Virus record (IMG/VR): IMGVR_UViG_2974508059_000001 | Span: 128,001-192,000 of that record | Reading direction: 5' to 3' (one strand) | DNA length: 64,000 nucleotides | Origin: a virus | Lineage: Duplodnaviria; Caudoviricetes | Shown here: piece by piece, positions 39,019-49,170 of the stretch | How positions within the stretch are numbered: the first letter of the stretch is position 1 | Layout of the letters: the number at the start of each line of letters is the position of its first letter | Program-made: the position numbers and the translations under genes | The notes under the pieces: model-generated | What the model saw: the letters and a program-made list of their open reading frames with translations, nothing else | Told to the model about the DNA's origin: nothing | The model's database searches: none

Positions 39019-39399
39019 ATGTCTCAGAGTGAACTGGCAGAGTATGCCGAATCGTATCGAAGCGATAACAACGACGGAAGCGAATTCTTCTTTCCCGCTC
39101 ATGAAGGGCATTGGGAGGAACGGGTTTTACACCCATCCGACTTTTCTGATTTGTGGTCAACTTCGGCTGAAGCCAGAGAGTATCTGGAAGCCGAAATCCG
39201 CATGCGAGTGAAAGATGAACTGCCCCACGCTGATTTTGTAGATATGTTACGCCACGGGGTTAAGTGTGCGGTAATTGCCACCTGCATCAATGGCCGGTAT
39301 CGACTCTGGGATGGACACCACCGAGTAGCCACGGCTATTATCCGAAACGAACCCATCACCGCCGTGGTGGGTTACCGTTGTCTATCCCAAGTAATTTGA
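39019..39399 (+). CDS. ParB/Srx-like domain protein
   Basis: YRLWDGHHRVATA motif. Confidence 0.65.
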   Translation: MSQSELAEYAESYRSDNNDGSEFFFPAHEGHWEERVLHPSDFSDLWSTSAEAREYLEAEIRMRVKDELPHADFVDMLRHGVKCAVIATCINGRYRLWDGHHRVATAIIRNEPITAVVGYRCLSQVI

Positions 39400-39418
39400 G
39401 ATAGATATTACCTTGGTG
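39399..39418 (+). promoter_or_regulatory. Putative early phage promoter motif
   Basis: AGATAGATATTACCTTGGTG. Confidence 0.65.
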
Positions 39419-39538
39419 AGAGAACACATCACTCTCTCACATTGGTAGTCTGTTGGCCCTGTAGTTCAACCCCCAGAGTTTTTGGCTACAGGGCCCTTTT
39501 TAACTTAATCGACTTTTGTTACACCCTAGGAGCCCATC

Positions 39539-40048
39539 ATGTTAGAAGTTAAAAATATCCACGACCATGCGAAGTATTTCGTTAATCTGATGACAGCGTT
39601 TAATGTTGACGGCGATGCCCTGCGCAGTATGGTATCAACGACTACCAAAGTGCTGGAACTGCAGCAAATGATGCACCGGAATGAGAACGTCGGGGTTATC
39701 GCGCAAGCTGCTACGAAAATCAGCCTGACGTGGTTTAACCATGCGTTCCGTCATCCTCTCTTTAACAAACACACGCAGAACTTCTTCTACGTGAAGCGTC
39801 AGCTCCATGCACTCGACATCGAGTTGCAGGACACCTCACGCAACTACCCGCACGACGCCACCACGCGCTACATGGTCATTGCTGACCCGACAGCCGGCGG
39901 TATGGAGATTCTGGATTTAGAATCCGGTGAGCGTCTCCCGGCAGTTGCGGCCTTTACCACCAACGGTGCACTGTCTTCGGGCAAGGCCACCATTAACCAC
40001 AAAGAGGAGCGCGTCTGGAACAGTTCTCCAGATGCTCGCTTCCTCTAA
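39539..40048 (+). CDS. Hypothetical protein
   Basis: AGGAG RBS; followed by a hairpin terminator. Confidence 0.7.
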   Translation: MLEVKNIHDHAKYFVNLMTAFNVDGDALRSMVSTTTKVLELQQMMHRNENVGVIAQAATKISLTWFNHAFRHPLFNKHTQNFFYVKRQLHALDIELQDTSRNYPHDATTRYMVIADPTAGGMEILDLESGERLPAVAAFTTNGALSSGKATINHKEERVWNSSPDARFL

Positions 40049-40096
40049 CAGTGGCCCCTGCGGGGGCCCTTTCTTTTTGTTTGATGAGAAGAGAAC

Positions 40097-40645
40097 ATGA
40101 CCGACATCAAATTGATTGCCATGCTGGAAACGCTGACCAGTCTTAAAACCAACAGCTACATGAAAGTCCGTGTCGAGATTTCCGAAGACGAGTACAAAAC
40201 GCTGGTGAAGAATGCCTTCATCAAAGCCTACCTCGACAAAACCTTCCCCGAGCAGATCAAAGTGCTGGACGAGTGGGTCGCCACTCCAACGAACCTGCGG
40301 GATGCCAGCAAGAAGCCGTTCTGGCCACGTGCGATGACAGGCCGTATGCCACAGCGGGTTGTCTGGTTCTACAAAGACGGTGACCGCCTGAAAGGGAAAA
40401 TCATCGGCTGGGATGCACCCGATGCGGATATCGATATTTGCCCAGTGGGTGAGTGTCAGCAGCCTACCTTCGTGGGCGCACTGTATCCGTACAACAATCC
40501 ATCGACCGGGTACCTGACACCGGTGTTTGTGGATGGCGTGGTGCCGCCGTATTATCACGAGCTGGCTATCTGGCAGACCGAGCAAGGCTTAAACGTCATG
40601 CGCTCGTCCGATGGCTACACATGGGGTGACATGTTAGAGGCATAG
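40097..40645 (+). CDS. Hypothetical protein
   Basis: ORF followed by a UUCG hairpin at 40653-40676. Confidence 0.65.
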   Translation: MTDIKLIAMLETLTSLKTNSYMKVRVEISEDEYKTLVKNAFIKAYLDKTFPEQIKVLDEWVATPTNLRDASKKPFWPRAMTGRMPQRVVWFYKDGDRLKGKIIGWDAPDADIDICPVGECQQPTFVGALYPYNNPSTGYLTPVFVDGVVPPYYHELAIWQTEQGLNVMRSSDGYTWGDMLEA

Positions 40646-40747
40646 CGGTGCAGCGGGAATCCTTCGGGATTCCCGTGGTACTAATTTTTTTACAGCAAGG
40701 GTCTAGGATATGGTAGATGTTTTGTTTCCTTTTTGGAACTCTTGCAA

Positions 40748-43261
40748 ATGTTAAAAGTCGAACGCATTATTCTCAAAGGTTTCACCGGTATGGGCTTGCA
40801 CGATATTGTCAAGTTCGACTTCACGGTGACCACCCCTGTGACCATTATTCTCGGTGGTAATGGCTCAGGAAAAAGCAGTCTCCTTTCCGTATACCTTCCT
40901 TTATGTCCCGCAAAAACTGATCTCTCTGATGGGGGTGAGTACACAAACTTTTCTCTTGTTGGTATCCAACGTTTTAAATTCCATGTCCGCCGTAAAGGCA
41001 GCAGTCTGATTTGTTGTATCGATAACCTCACCACCGGTGAGAACGTGGTCACTGACGTTAACCCGAAAGTGTATAACACCCACGTGGAATCCATGACCGG
41101 TCTTACCAAAGAAATCAAAGAACTTATTAACGGTGAGATCCAGCTGACGCGCGCGAATACCCCGCTGCGTAAAACGTGGTTCAGTAAAATGTCCACCTCG
41201 GACTTGGCCCACGCCTTGGGCTTTTATACCCGCTTGCGCAAACACTACAATGCGCTCGGTAACCAGATTGATTACGTCAGTGGCAAAATCTCGGACTCGC
41301 GTGTTCGCGTCATCGAAGACCAAGAGGCCCGTGAACGTTTAGAAAGTCGCATGGAAGAGATGCAGCAGGAAATCTCGCAACTCAACCGTGTGCTGGAAAA
41401 GCGCCCACCCACTGACCGTGCAATGACCCCCGCTGCGTTAAAAGAGCAGATGGAGAAGATGCGCAAAATCACCGACATGATTCTTGACGCAGACACCGTC
41501 ATTCCGACGCAAGAAATGATTGATGAAGAACAGCGTCTGTTGTTGGAAGCCCGTGAATGGGTTGCCTCCTCAGAAGCCACGCTCAAGGCGTATAACCGTG
41601 AACTGTCACAGTTAACCGATGAGCAAAACCGTCAGTCTTATTTGATGCGTAACCACAGTGGCCTGCAGACCACCATTGCCAGACTGGATGGTGAGTTGAC
41701 GACCCTGAAAACGGTGCGTCGGGTCTTCAGTGATTTGTTCGATGCCCAACGTTTCGTGGTGCCGGTGTTAGTAGATGCGGAAAGTCATGCCACTGAATTC
41801 ACAACGACCCTGACTCGCCTGATTGACCGCTTGCAGACCAACCGCCGTCTCAAGGAGATGGAAGAGGAATTGCAGCAGTACGACGTCAAGTGTTCGTACC
41901 AGAACGAAAAGATTGGACGCTGTGAGAATGTGTTGCGTAACCTGCAACACGATTTAAAGCATTACCACGATACCAGTGAAGTGGATTGCCCACAGTGCCA
42001 GTTCCATTTCCGTCCGGGTGTGACCCGCAGTCTGGAAGCGTTAACCGGTGAGTACAACCAGAACGAGACGTATCTGGCCCAGCTCAAAACGGACATGGAC
42101 ACGTTGATGCGTGACCGGGGTGAGATAGAGGAGGAGGTATCGAATCTGCGCAACATTCGCGGCATCATCATGACCTACTCCCGTGACCCGGTGCTGTCTA
42201 TCCTCTTCAAGCGTCTGCAGGAAGAGGAGGCGTTTACCACCAACCGTTCACGCTTCGGTAGTTTAGTGATGGCATTCTTTGATGAGCTGCGCGAAGCCCA
42301 GCATTATCTGCGCTTGGTGGAGCAGCTGGATAAGGCCAATCGGGAGTGGCAGGAAGCCGCCATGACGGTCGGGAATGTCGATACGGTGTTGCCTGAGAAG
42401 ATCCGTCGTTTAGAGGAACAAATCAACACTACCACACAGGCGCTCTCAGAGCACCGTCAGTACGCGCAAGAGAAAAACCAGAGTGTGAGTCGACTGAGTG
42501 TGTTAAACACCTCTGTAGCGGCGTTTGAGGCTTTCTACGCGGACTTCCAGCGCAGTTTGGTTGTTGCCCGTAACACAACGATTGTCGAGCACCTCAATCA
42601 AGCCCGTGAAAGCAAGCTGGATGCTTACGCCACGGCCCGCGACCGTTATCGTCAAATGACCAACGAGTTAGACCAGTTGGCCACCATGGAAAAAGATTTG
42701 GCTGCCCTGCAAGCTGAACGCCATGAGGCAAGGCAGATGATAACGGCATGGTCACCGGAGCAAGGTGTGCTGCGCAAATATTACTACAAAGCCATCGTGC
42801 GTATCACCGAGATGATGAACCACTATGTTGACTTGGTCTGGTCGTACCCAATGCGGGTCATGCCCTGCGACATGTCCGACGGCGAGTTGGATTATTTATT
42901 CCCCTTTAAGCTCAAAGACAAGGAAGAGCTGGCACCCGATGTCTGTAAAGGATCGAAAGCCCAAAAGGCAATGTTTGACTTGGCATACCGCTTAACGAGT
43001 TACAAGGGACTGGGTTTACAGAATTTCCCCTTGTTATTAGATGAGCCTTCTGAGGGCATGGATGAAGCCCACCGTCACCGTTTGGTTGATTTTATTAAAC
43101 GGTTATCTTCCAGCGGTGAGTTTTCTCAGTTGATCGTTGTATCGCACGATTCGGATGTGCATTCCAAACTGAACGAGGCCTCGTATTGCGTGGTCGAACC
43201 AGAAGGCGTGACGTTGCCGGACGTGTATAATGAACATGTCAAGATTCAATACGCGGAATAA
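40748..43261 (+). CDS. sbcC: SbcC/Rad50-like ATPase
   Basis: Walker A GGNGSGKSS, coiled coils with CPQC zinc hook, Walker B LLLDEP, H-loop VSHD. Confidence 0.88.
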   Translation: MLKVERIILKGFTGMGLHDIVKFDFTVTTPVTIILGGNGSGKSSLLSVYLPLCPAKTDLSDGGEYTNFSLVGIQRFKFHVRRKGSSLICCIDNLTTGENVVTDVNPKVYNTHVESMTGLTKEIKELINGEIQLTRANTPLRKTWFSKMSTSDLAHALGFYTRLRKHYNALGNQIDYVSGKISDSRVRVIEDQEARERLESRMEEMQQEISQLNRVLEKRPPTDRAMTPAALKEQMEKMRKITDMILDADTVIPTQEMIDEEQRLLLEAREWVASSEATLKAYNRELSQLTDEQNRQSYLMRNHSGLQTTIARLDGELTTLKTVRRVFSDLFDAQRFVVPVLVDAESHATEFTTTLTRLIDRLQTNRRLKEMEEELQQYDVKCSYQNEKIGRCENVLRNLQHDLKHYHDTSEVDCPQCQFHFRPGVTRSLEALTGEYNQNETYLAQLKTDMDTLMRDRGEIEEEVSNLRNIRGIIMTYSRDPVLSILFKRLQEEEAFTTNRSRFGSLVMAFFDELREAQHYLRLVEQLDKANREWQEAAMTVGNVDTVLPEKIRRLEEQINTTTQALSEHRQYAQEKNQSVSRLSVLNTSVAAFEAFYADFQRSLVVARNTTIVEHLNQARESKLDAYATARDRYRQMTNELDQLATMEKDLAALQAERHEARQMITAWSPEQGVLRKYYYKAIVRITEMMNHYVDLVWSYPMRVMPCDMSDGELDYLFPFKLKDKEELAPDVCKGSKAQKAMFDLAYRLTSYKGLGLQNFPLLLDEPSEGMDEAHRHRLVDFIKRLSSSGEFSQLIVVSHDSDVHSKLNEASYCVVEPEGVTLPDVYNEHVKIQYAE

Positions 43262-43264
43262 TTA

Positions 43265-43444
43265 ATGCGCACTTTACTCACAGCAATCATTTGGGTTTTT
43301 GGTTTCCTCATCGCAATGGGTTCGATTATCGCCCTTGCCCTGGCCTCGTTTTTGTATTACATCGTGCCAATGGTCTTTGTTATTCCCGGTCGCGTCATCG
43401 GCTGGACTGAACAAGGTGCGGAGCCATGCCTAAAGAAACGTTAA
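43265..43444 (+). CDS. Small membrane protein (59 aa, not in ORF track)
   Basis: Highly hydrophobic MRTLLTAIIWVFGFLIAMG...; starts right after the sbcC stop. Confidence 0.5.
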   Translation: MRTLLTAIIWVFGFLIAMGSIIALALASFLYYIVPMVFVIPGRVIGWTEQGAEPCLKKR

Positions 43445-43812
43445 GTAAACTACACGACGTTGCCATTCCGCTGTACGGCATTAACTTATTGGTGGCGGTC
43501 TGTCCTGACGCTGCCCGTGAGTTTGACCCGTACATGGACCTGCACCCAGATTGTTCGGCTGAGGTGTACGTGTTCCATCACGGTGAACGCCGTCATGCGT
43601 ATATCGGTGTGGTGTTTGAAAACGTGAACGCTGCGGATGCGAATACCGTGGCGCACGAAGCAGTTCATGCGGCGTGGCGAACGTTGGAGTGGGTTGGGAT
43701 TAAGGCTACGGTTGACAACCAAGAAGCGCTTGCGTATCTGGTGGGATGGGTGGCTCAGGAAATAACTGATTTTGTTACGCCTCATCGTAAGGCAAAAAGG
43801 AAGAAGAAATGA
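43426..43812 (+). CDS. HExxH-motif putative metalloprotease-like protein
   Basis: VAHEAVHAA ... NQEALAYL. Confidence 0.55.
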   Translation: MPKETLSKLHDVAIPLYGINLLVAVCPDAAREFDPYMDLHPDCSAEVYVFHHGERRHAYIGVVFENVNAADANTVAHEAVHAAWRTLEWVGIKATVDNQEALAYLVGWVAQEITDFVTPHRKAKRKKK

Positions 43813-44023
43813 TTACTGGACTCGTGTTATCGGGAGTATGTCTGTGGATTATCGCCAAGGCATTCGGTTATATCCTCCGGGATGTAAAACGCAAGGAGGC
43901 CTTTCGTGAAGGGTGACTTGTGGTTTAGTGTTCTCACCAAAGGTGAGATGGTAGTAGGCGGCCTGATGGCCGTGGTGTTTGGTTTGGCCGTGTTACTTGA
44001 TCAATATAAACGGAGAAAGCGTC

Positions 44024-44329
44024 ATGGAAGAGATGACCATTTTTAGAGTAATCTGCAACAGCATCTGTTTGTTTGCGTTGTTTGGTGAACTGGCGCTGTT
44101 GACATTGGTGCGCGCTCGTTGTAATTGGGTTTGCCCCTGCACAGCGGAACTGCGACCGGTTGCTTGGCTGATTGTGATTGACACCATTGGCTTCACAGTC
44201 GGTATGGTCTACGCCAACTTGAGTGTCATGATACCGTTGACGTTGTTTGTCAGTACGTTATACATGGGACGCACAATCTGGCGTTGGGAAAAGAATGTTG
44301 ATACAAAGCGCGGATCTTCCTTATGCTAA
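44024..44329 (+). CDS. Membrane protein
   Basis: GGAG RBS; about three hydrophobic segments. Confidence 0.55.
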   Translation: MEEMTIFRVICNSICLFALFGELALLTLVRARCNWVCPCTAELRPVAWLIVIDTIGFTVGMVYANLSVMIPLTLFVSTLYMGRTIWRWEKNVDTKRGSSLC

Positions 44330-44867
44330 AATTTATCGTGTGGTGTGGTAAGATGGTAATCTACGTTGGCGCAGCCAGCGTAGCCACTGTTTTCGGTGCT
44401 GTCTTAGCACTCACGCAAGGCTGGTTCTAATTTCAGAGGAGTAAGGTGTGGACAAATCTGAAGGACGATTGATACGACGGGTTGGCGGTGCGGTTATGCC
44501 GGACAGATGTCGAACGTTCACGTTCGAGGTCGAGCAGCAACCAAAGGAGAACCCCGAACGAATGCGGGGCGATGGGCGAAGGGAACTTCGCAGTACGCGG
44601 TCTGGGTTTACCTACCCGGTGGCGAGGCGACGTGGCTGACGAACCGTTAGATGAACGTGAAGTGGTAGTGGTGGGCATGGGTTACATCGGTTTGGTTGGT
44701 TCCAGGCTGCGACCCGACCCTGCCAGCGGGTTTCCTTTTGCACAGGAAGCTGAGGTCATGGGTACTCGCAAACTAGCACGCTACGAATCCGGTGAAGACT
44801 GGAGAGGGACTCAGCGACGCCATCAGGCGAACCGTAAGTATCGGAGGTAAATCTGGAACTTTCGGAT

Positions 44868-45323
44868 TTGGGTGTAGAATACGTGACGGACGAGCAAGCG
44901 CTAGCTCAAGCAGATCACAATACACTCTTAGCTATGTATCAGCACTTTCTGGAAGAACACGGCAGAATGGTGCAGGGTACAGACGTAGTAAAACCAAGTG
45001 TGCATGCGCTGCTGGATAACGACATGTGCCTTGTTACTGCCCGATGGAAGGGCGGCTTAATCGGTTTTGTGACGTTCGGTATAACGGAAACACGCAATAT
45101 AGCGTTGCACGTTGTCTATACGTTACGCGAACGACGAAGGCGGGGCGTTGCGTCTGCATTGTTGGATGAAATACGCAGACAGCATCCGGAAAAAAGAATG
45201 GTAGCGGAAGTCTACCAGCGTAACCAACCTGCTTTACGTTTGTTCACGAAACATTATTTTACTTTCGTATTCTGTACTGGCTGGGCTAGTGCAGTTCGAG
45301 AAATAGGAAATCCGTATCCATGA
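44868..45323 (+). CDS. GNAT acetyltransferase
   Basis: VYT...RRRGVASALL (motif A) and N.PA..LF. Confidence 0.75.
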   Translation: MGVEYVTDEQALAQADHNTLLAMYQHFLEEHGRMVQGTDVVKPSVHALLDNDMCLVTARWKGGLIGFVTFGITETRNIALHVVYTLRERRRRGVASALLDEIRRQHPEKRMVAEVYQRNQPALRLFTKHYFTFVFCTGWASAVREIGNPYP

Positions 45324-45802
45324 CCACCGTTACAATTTTGGCAGACATTCATTCGTTATCTGATTCACAGCAAAAGCAGTTGTTGGCATTGCATTATAAA
45401 TTTCTTAACTATCAGCGAATGGTTTTGAAAGTCGACCATGTTGTACCAAATGTAACGCTGGCGGCCATCGCTGCAGGCAACCAGTGTGCAGTTGCATTTG
45501 ACGATAACCAGACCGTTATCGGTTATTGCTTCTTCCGTTCGAATGCTGTCCAGATAGGCTTGCGTTGCCTGTTTGTCTCTGAGGCACATCGTCGTAAGTA
45601 TGTAATGACTGCTATCCTTTCTGCCGTGTCAGAAAGTTCGAACCACGAGTCTATTTCAGCCACTGTCTTCAAAGACAACTACCTCGGTGTGCAGATGTTC
45701 AAAGCACTGGGGTTTGTTGATGAAGAACGCAACGGATGGCTTGACTTTAACCTGAAAGTCAAAGCAGGCATTACTCATCCTAATGCCCTGCAGTCTGCCT
45801 AA
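45320..45802 (+). CDS. GNAT acetyltransferase
   Basis: LFVSEAHRRKYV and N..GVQMFKALGF. Confidence 0.7.
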   Translation: MTTVTILADIHSLSDSQQKQLLALHYKFLNYQRMVLKVDHVVPNVTLAAIAAGNQCAVAFDDNQTVIGYCFFRSNAVQIGLRCLFVSEAHRRKYVMTAILSAVSESSNHESISATVFKDNYLGVQMFKALGFVDEERNGWLDFNLKVKAGITHPNALQSA

Positions 45803-46302
45803 GTAACACTACCTCGCTTCCCTTACGTATTGAGCCTATTACTCTGAGAGTAAATTCGCTCTTTTTACGTAGGGGAAGCTTTTTATGTTAAAACGCCAAA
45901 TTGCTGTCAACACAAAATCCTCCGGTATCAATACGGATCTGTGTTGGAATGAATACCAGCGCGCTGCGCCATTCTTACAGGAGTTTCTCAATGGAGTTAA
46001 GTCAAAACGAGCGGATGTTGGACGGGTCGAAAGGGCACCCCTGCTCGCTGGTCCTGAGTTGGCAGCCGCCTGAGCCCGTGAGTCGTCGTAACGTTCTGGT
46101 TTCTTTTTTTGCCCAGAACGGAAACACCTTTTGTAACGTGGGCACTATTGGTCACGTTGATTGGGGGATGTCGCCTTTAACGGCTGCTGTACTTTATAAT
46201 CTCCCCGCTGCCCGTCACAAACTAAAAAGAGGTCGCGACTGGCTGATGCCTGATCACGTCCCCTATTACACACAAGCCCCAGTTTTTTAAGCAGGTAGCC
46301 GT

Positions 46303-46689
46303 ATGGATTGGCCCATTTACCACGTCTTTGGAACATCGCAGTTGGATGACTCTGATTACGCTGCGTTACTGAATCAATTGGCACGTATTGAGTCTACGCG
46401 TCTTCACATTGGCAACAGTGTCGAGACGCCGCTTTCTCGTTTAGTCGGTTCAGACTTTCGGTTGTTCGATGCAGAACACCTGAGGGAGTCTTGGATAAAC
46501 ACAGCACTGTGGCGTGAAGCGTACATGCTCCAGTGGGCAAAAGTGGATATCGAGAAAGTATGGGATTCCTTCGTGGATGACCGCCAGAAAGCCCAAGTCA
46601 TGCACGTGATTGAACTCATGAATCGCAAGACGGTTCGGCATGAGGGCTTGGACGCCGTTTTTGCGAGTTGGCAAAAAAGGAATAAATAG
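46303..46689 (+). CDS. Hypothetical protein
   Basis: AGGT RBS; in an operon chain. Confidence 0.55.
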   Translation: MDWPIYHVFGTSQLDDSDYAALLNQLARIESTRLHIGNSVETPLSRLVGSDFRLFDAEHLRESWINTALWREAYMLQWAKVDIEKVWDSFVDDRQKAQVMHVIELMNRKTVRHEGLDAVFASWQKRNK

Positions 46690-46946
46690 TGGTAGACGAG
46701 AAAGGGGATTGGCTGGAACGATTGTTGCGGCCTTTCCATTCGAAGAAACCCGAGGAGAGAAAAGAACCGGAGTTGGCATACACTGCCATGGCGGCCCTTG
46801 AGTTGGATATCGAGCGGTCGATGGCGGATGAAGGCTATACGCAGGCGTTTGTGCGGGTGAGTACCAACACAACCACGATGCGCTTTACGGGGGACGGTAG
46901 ACGCACCCCCATCACGGTAACTATCAAAGTAGAGGAGGGATCATGA
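46689..46946 (+). CDS. Hypothetical protein
   Basis: Overlapping stop/start. Confidence 0.5.
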   Translation: MVDEKGDWLERLLRPFHSKKPEERKEPELAYTAMAALELDIERSMADEGYTQAFVRVSTNTTTMRFTGDGRRTPITVTIKVEEGS

Positions 46947-47188
46947 AGATTATCAGTATTAAGTCCATGCCGGATAACTCCGGTATCGTTGAGATGTTTA
47001 ACGATGATGGCACGCTGTTTGGATTCGCTTTTGAGCCTTCGAAGGCCCACCGCGACGCGATGAAAGCTTGGACTGTCCCAACGCCCATCCCGAGCGGGAA
47101 TTTGCAGTGGGGTCAGTGGACGACGTACAACTCGCCCCTCACGGCAAAAATGGCACAGGTCACGTTGGCGGGGTTGCAACATGGATAA
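46943..47188 (+). CDS. Hypothetical protein
   Basis: GAGGAGG RBS; ATGA overlap. Confidence 0.6.
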   Translation: MKIISIKSMPDNSGIVEMFNDDGTLFGFAFEPSKAHRDAMKAWTVPTPIPSGNLQWGQWTTYNSPLTAKMAQVTLAGLQHG

Positions 47189-47274
47189 CGAACAGCGAAA
47201 ACACCTCAAGGTGATCGTTGCTCGCTATGCCAATCGCCTTCTCAAGCAAATGAAAGAGAAAGAGAAAAACTAAT

Positions 47275-47766
47275 ATGTTAACATTGCACGATGAACTGAC
47301 CATACGTCAGAATCTGTTTAATGCGCCTCAGCGCTATAAGGTTGTGACGGTCAATTGTGTCGGAGCAATGGGCAAAGGCATCGCTCTCGAATGCCGTGAA
47401 CGCTACACACAGCTCTACCATGATTACCGTGCGCGTTGTCGCGCGGGTGAAATCGTCGTTGGTGAACTGACGGTTTATCAAGACGAAAACGTTATACTCT
47501 TCCCGACGAAAGTCCATTTTAAAGACCCCACACAGGTGTCTTATGTAACTCCTGCTTTGCATCGCCTAGCAGAACTTGCAGAACGGCTCGAGGGTGGCAT
47601 CGCACTGCCGCCTCTGGGTATGGCAAATGGTTGGCTTAAGTATTATCAGCGGGTGGAGGTTTGGAAAGGCTTACAGAACATTATTGCACCACTTGACGCG
47701 ACCGTGGACATGTACTTACCAACATGGCTACTGGAAGAAGCACAGCAAATATTCAGTGAAAAATAA
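47275..47766 (+). CDS. Macrodomain protein (Poa1p/DarG-like)
   Basis: VTVNCVGAMGKGIAL, ILFPTK.H and IALPPLG..NG motifs. Confidence 0.85.
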   Translation: MLTLHDELTIRQNLFNAPQRYKVVTVNCVGAMGKGIALECRERYTQLYHDYRARCRAGEIVVGELTVYQDENVILFPTKVHFKDPTQVSYVTPALHRLAELAERLEGGIALPPLGMANGWLKYYQRVEVWKGLQNIIAPLDATVDMYLPTWLLEEAQQIFSEK

Positions 47767-47877
47767 TTGAGACATATTTTATCAGCTTGAACTATCACAG
47801 AGGAGTGAATTGGCTGACCGCGCCGTTACGAATCGTTCGAAACGGAAAAGAAATACATCCTTTCGGAGAACCCATCC

Positions 47878-48585
47878 ATGTTTAAGTTTCTAACCATTTC
47901 CCTGTTAAGCTTAGTCGCCTTTACTGCACAAGCTTCTTATCAGGCAGAATACCAGGACCACTTGCAAGACCGTTTCGAAAAAGTACAGCCACTCATCTTA
48001 GAAGTGGCCCGTCAGCAGAATGTTGACCCGGTGTTACTCACCACCGCAATGTATAAAGAGTCGCGCTTTGACGTCAAAGCCAAGAACCCCAAAAGTACCG
48101 CCCGGGGTGGCATGCAAATGCTCAAGGGTACTGCGAAGGCCATGATTAGCAAACACGGCAAGGAGTTAGGCATTGCGCACGGCGCGAACCTAAACAATCC
48201 CCGTGTGGCGTTGAAACTCTCAGCGGCCTACCTTAAAGACATTGAACAAGAAATGAACGGTCGTCTTAAACGACCAGTGTCGAACAGCGAGATTTACCTC
48301 GGCTATAAGTTTGGCCCCGGTACCGCCGCTTCACTGATTAAATCCGGTAAACACCGCAAACGCAACGGCACCATTGCACAGTTCCGACGTGCAGCTGCTT
48401 TCTACGCAGACCTTACTCCAGCAGCCCCGAAGAAAAAGGCTGGGAAGTCCGTGCGGTTGGCTTTTGCGAAGACAAAGGATAACGACCTGAAAGAACTCCA
48501 AGGGGTCTGGACATCGCTTTACGGTAACGCTGTAACGAAACCGAACCCTGACACTGTACTGGCATCAAACCGCAATCTCTTTTAA
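47878..48585 (+). CDS. Lytic transglycosylase (SLT domain) with signal peptide
   Basis: KESRF...A....STARGGMQ and Y..Y..GPG motifs; signal peptide ending AQA. Confidence 0.8.
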   Translation: MFKFLTISLLSLVAFTAQASYQAEYQDHLQDRFEKVQPLILEVARQQNVDPVLLTTAMYKESRFDVKAKNPKSTARGGMQMLKGTAKAMISKHGKELGIAHGANLNNPRVALKLSAAYLKDIEQEMNGRLKRPVSNSEIYLGYKFGPGTAASLIKSGKHRKRNGTIAQFRRAAAFYADLTPAAPKKKAGKSVRLAFAKTKDNDLKELQGVWTSLYGNAVTKPNPDTVLASNRNLF

Positions 48586-48596
48586 TAAGGATCAAT

Positions 48597-49112
48597 ATGA
48601 ACATCGTAGAACAACCGTGGTATCCTAAGCTGGTTCTCGCTGCCCAAGAAACGGCACGCGACGTTTACCAATTGGTGAAGGGCAGTGTGTCCGCAGAAGA
48701 CTCAGAGCAGTTTGATGAGAACTTCGCCGAGCTGCATGATTTCTTTGATGCGTTCCCAAGCGCCTTTGGGGATGACGAAGAAGAGATGATCGAGTTCGAC
48801 TGGAATGCGAACTTAGCACTGCTGTGGATCTGCGGTCTGCGTCCGGTTGTGGAAGAGACCGAAGTGGGTCATGTGCTGCTGTGGTTGCCGAAAGCCGGTT
48901 ACAGCCAAGACCTTATCTTCCGCGACGCGTACATGCAGGCAACGGTTGAACTGCAAAACCTCTTCTTTGAGAAGAGTGAGTATGCACAGCGTAGCTTCCT
49001 GACGATTCTGGAAAAGCTGGCCCGTACCCACACCCTGTGGCGTTCGGACGAAGCCCCGGAACATCAGTTCGTACTGGAATATAAAGTGGTGCCAAACCAA
49101 CCACTTATCTAA
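48597..49112 (+). CDS. Hypothetical acidic protein
   Basis: AAGGA RBS; UUCG terminator at 49125-49148. Confidence 0.65.
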   Translation: MNIVEQPWYPKLVLAAQETARDVYQLVKGSVSAEDSEQFDENFAELHDFFDAFPSAFGDDEEEMIEFDWNANLALLWICGLRPVVEETEVGHVLLWLPKAGYSQDLIFRDAYMQATVELQNLFFEKSEYAQRSFLTILEKLARTHTLWRSDEAPEHQFVLEYKVVPNQPLI

Positions 49113-49170
49113 AAGTAATCCTACCCCGGTGGACTTCGGTCTGCCGGGCTTTTATTTTAAGGAGTGCCTG

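Noticed and set aside
39455-39495. tRNA-like 5' end GGCCCTGTAGTTCAA
   Set aside because: It pairs as a simple hairpin, with no anticodon arm, T-arm or CCA.
40748-43261. Intein or intron in SbcC or other enzymes
   Set aside because: No splicing motifs or interruptions were seen; the length is explained by coiled coil.
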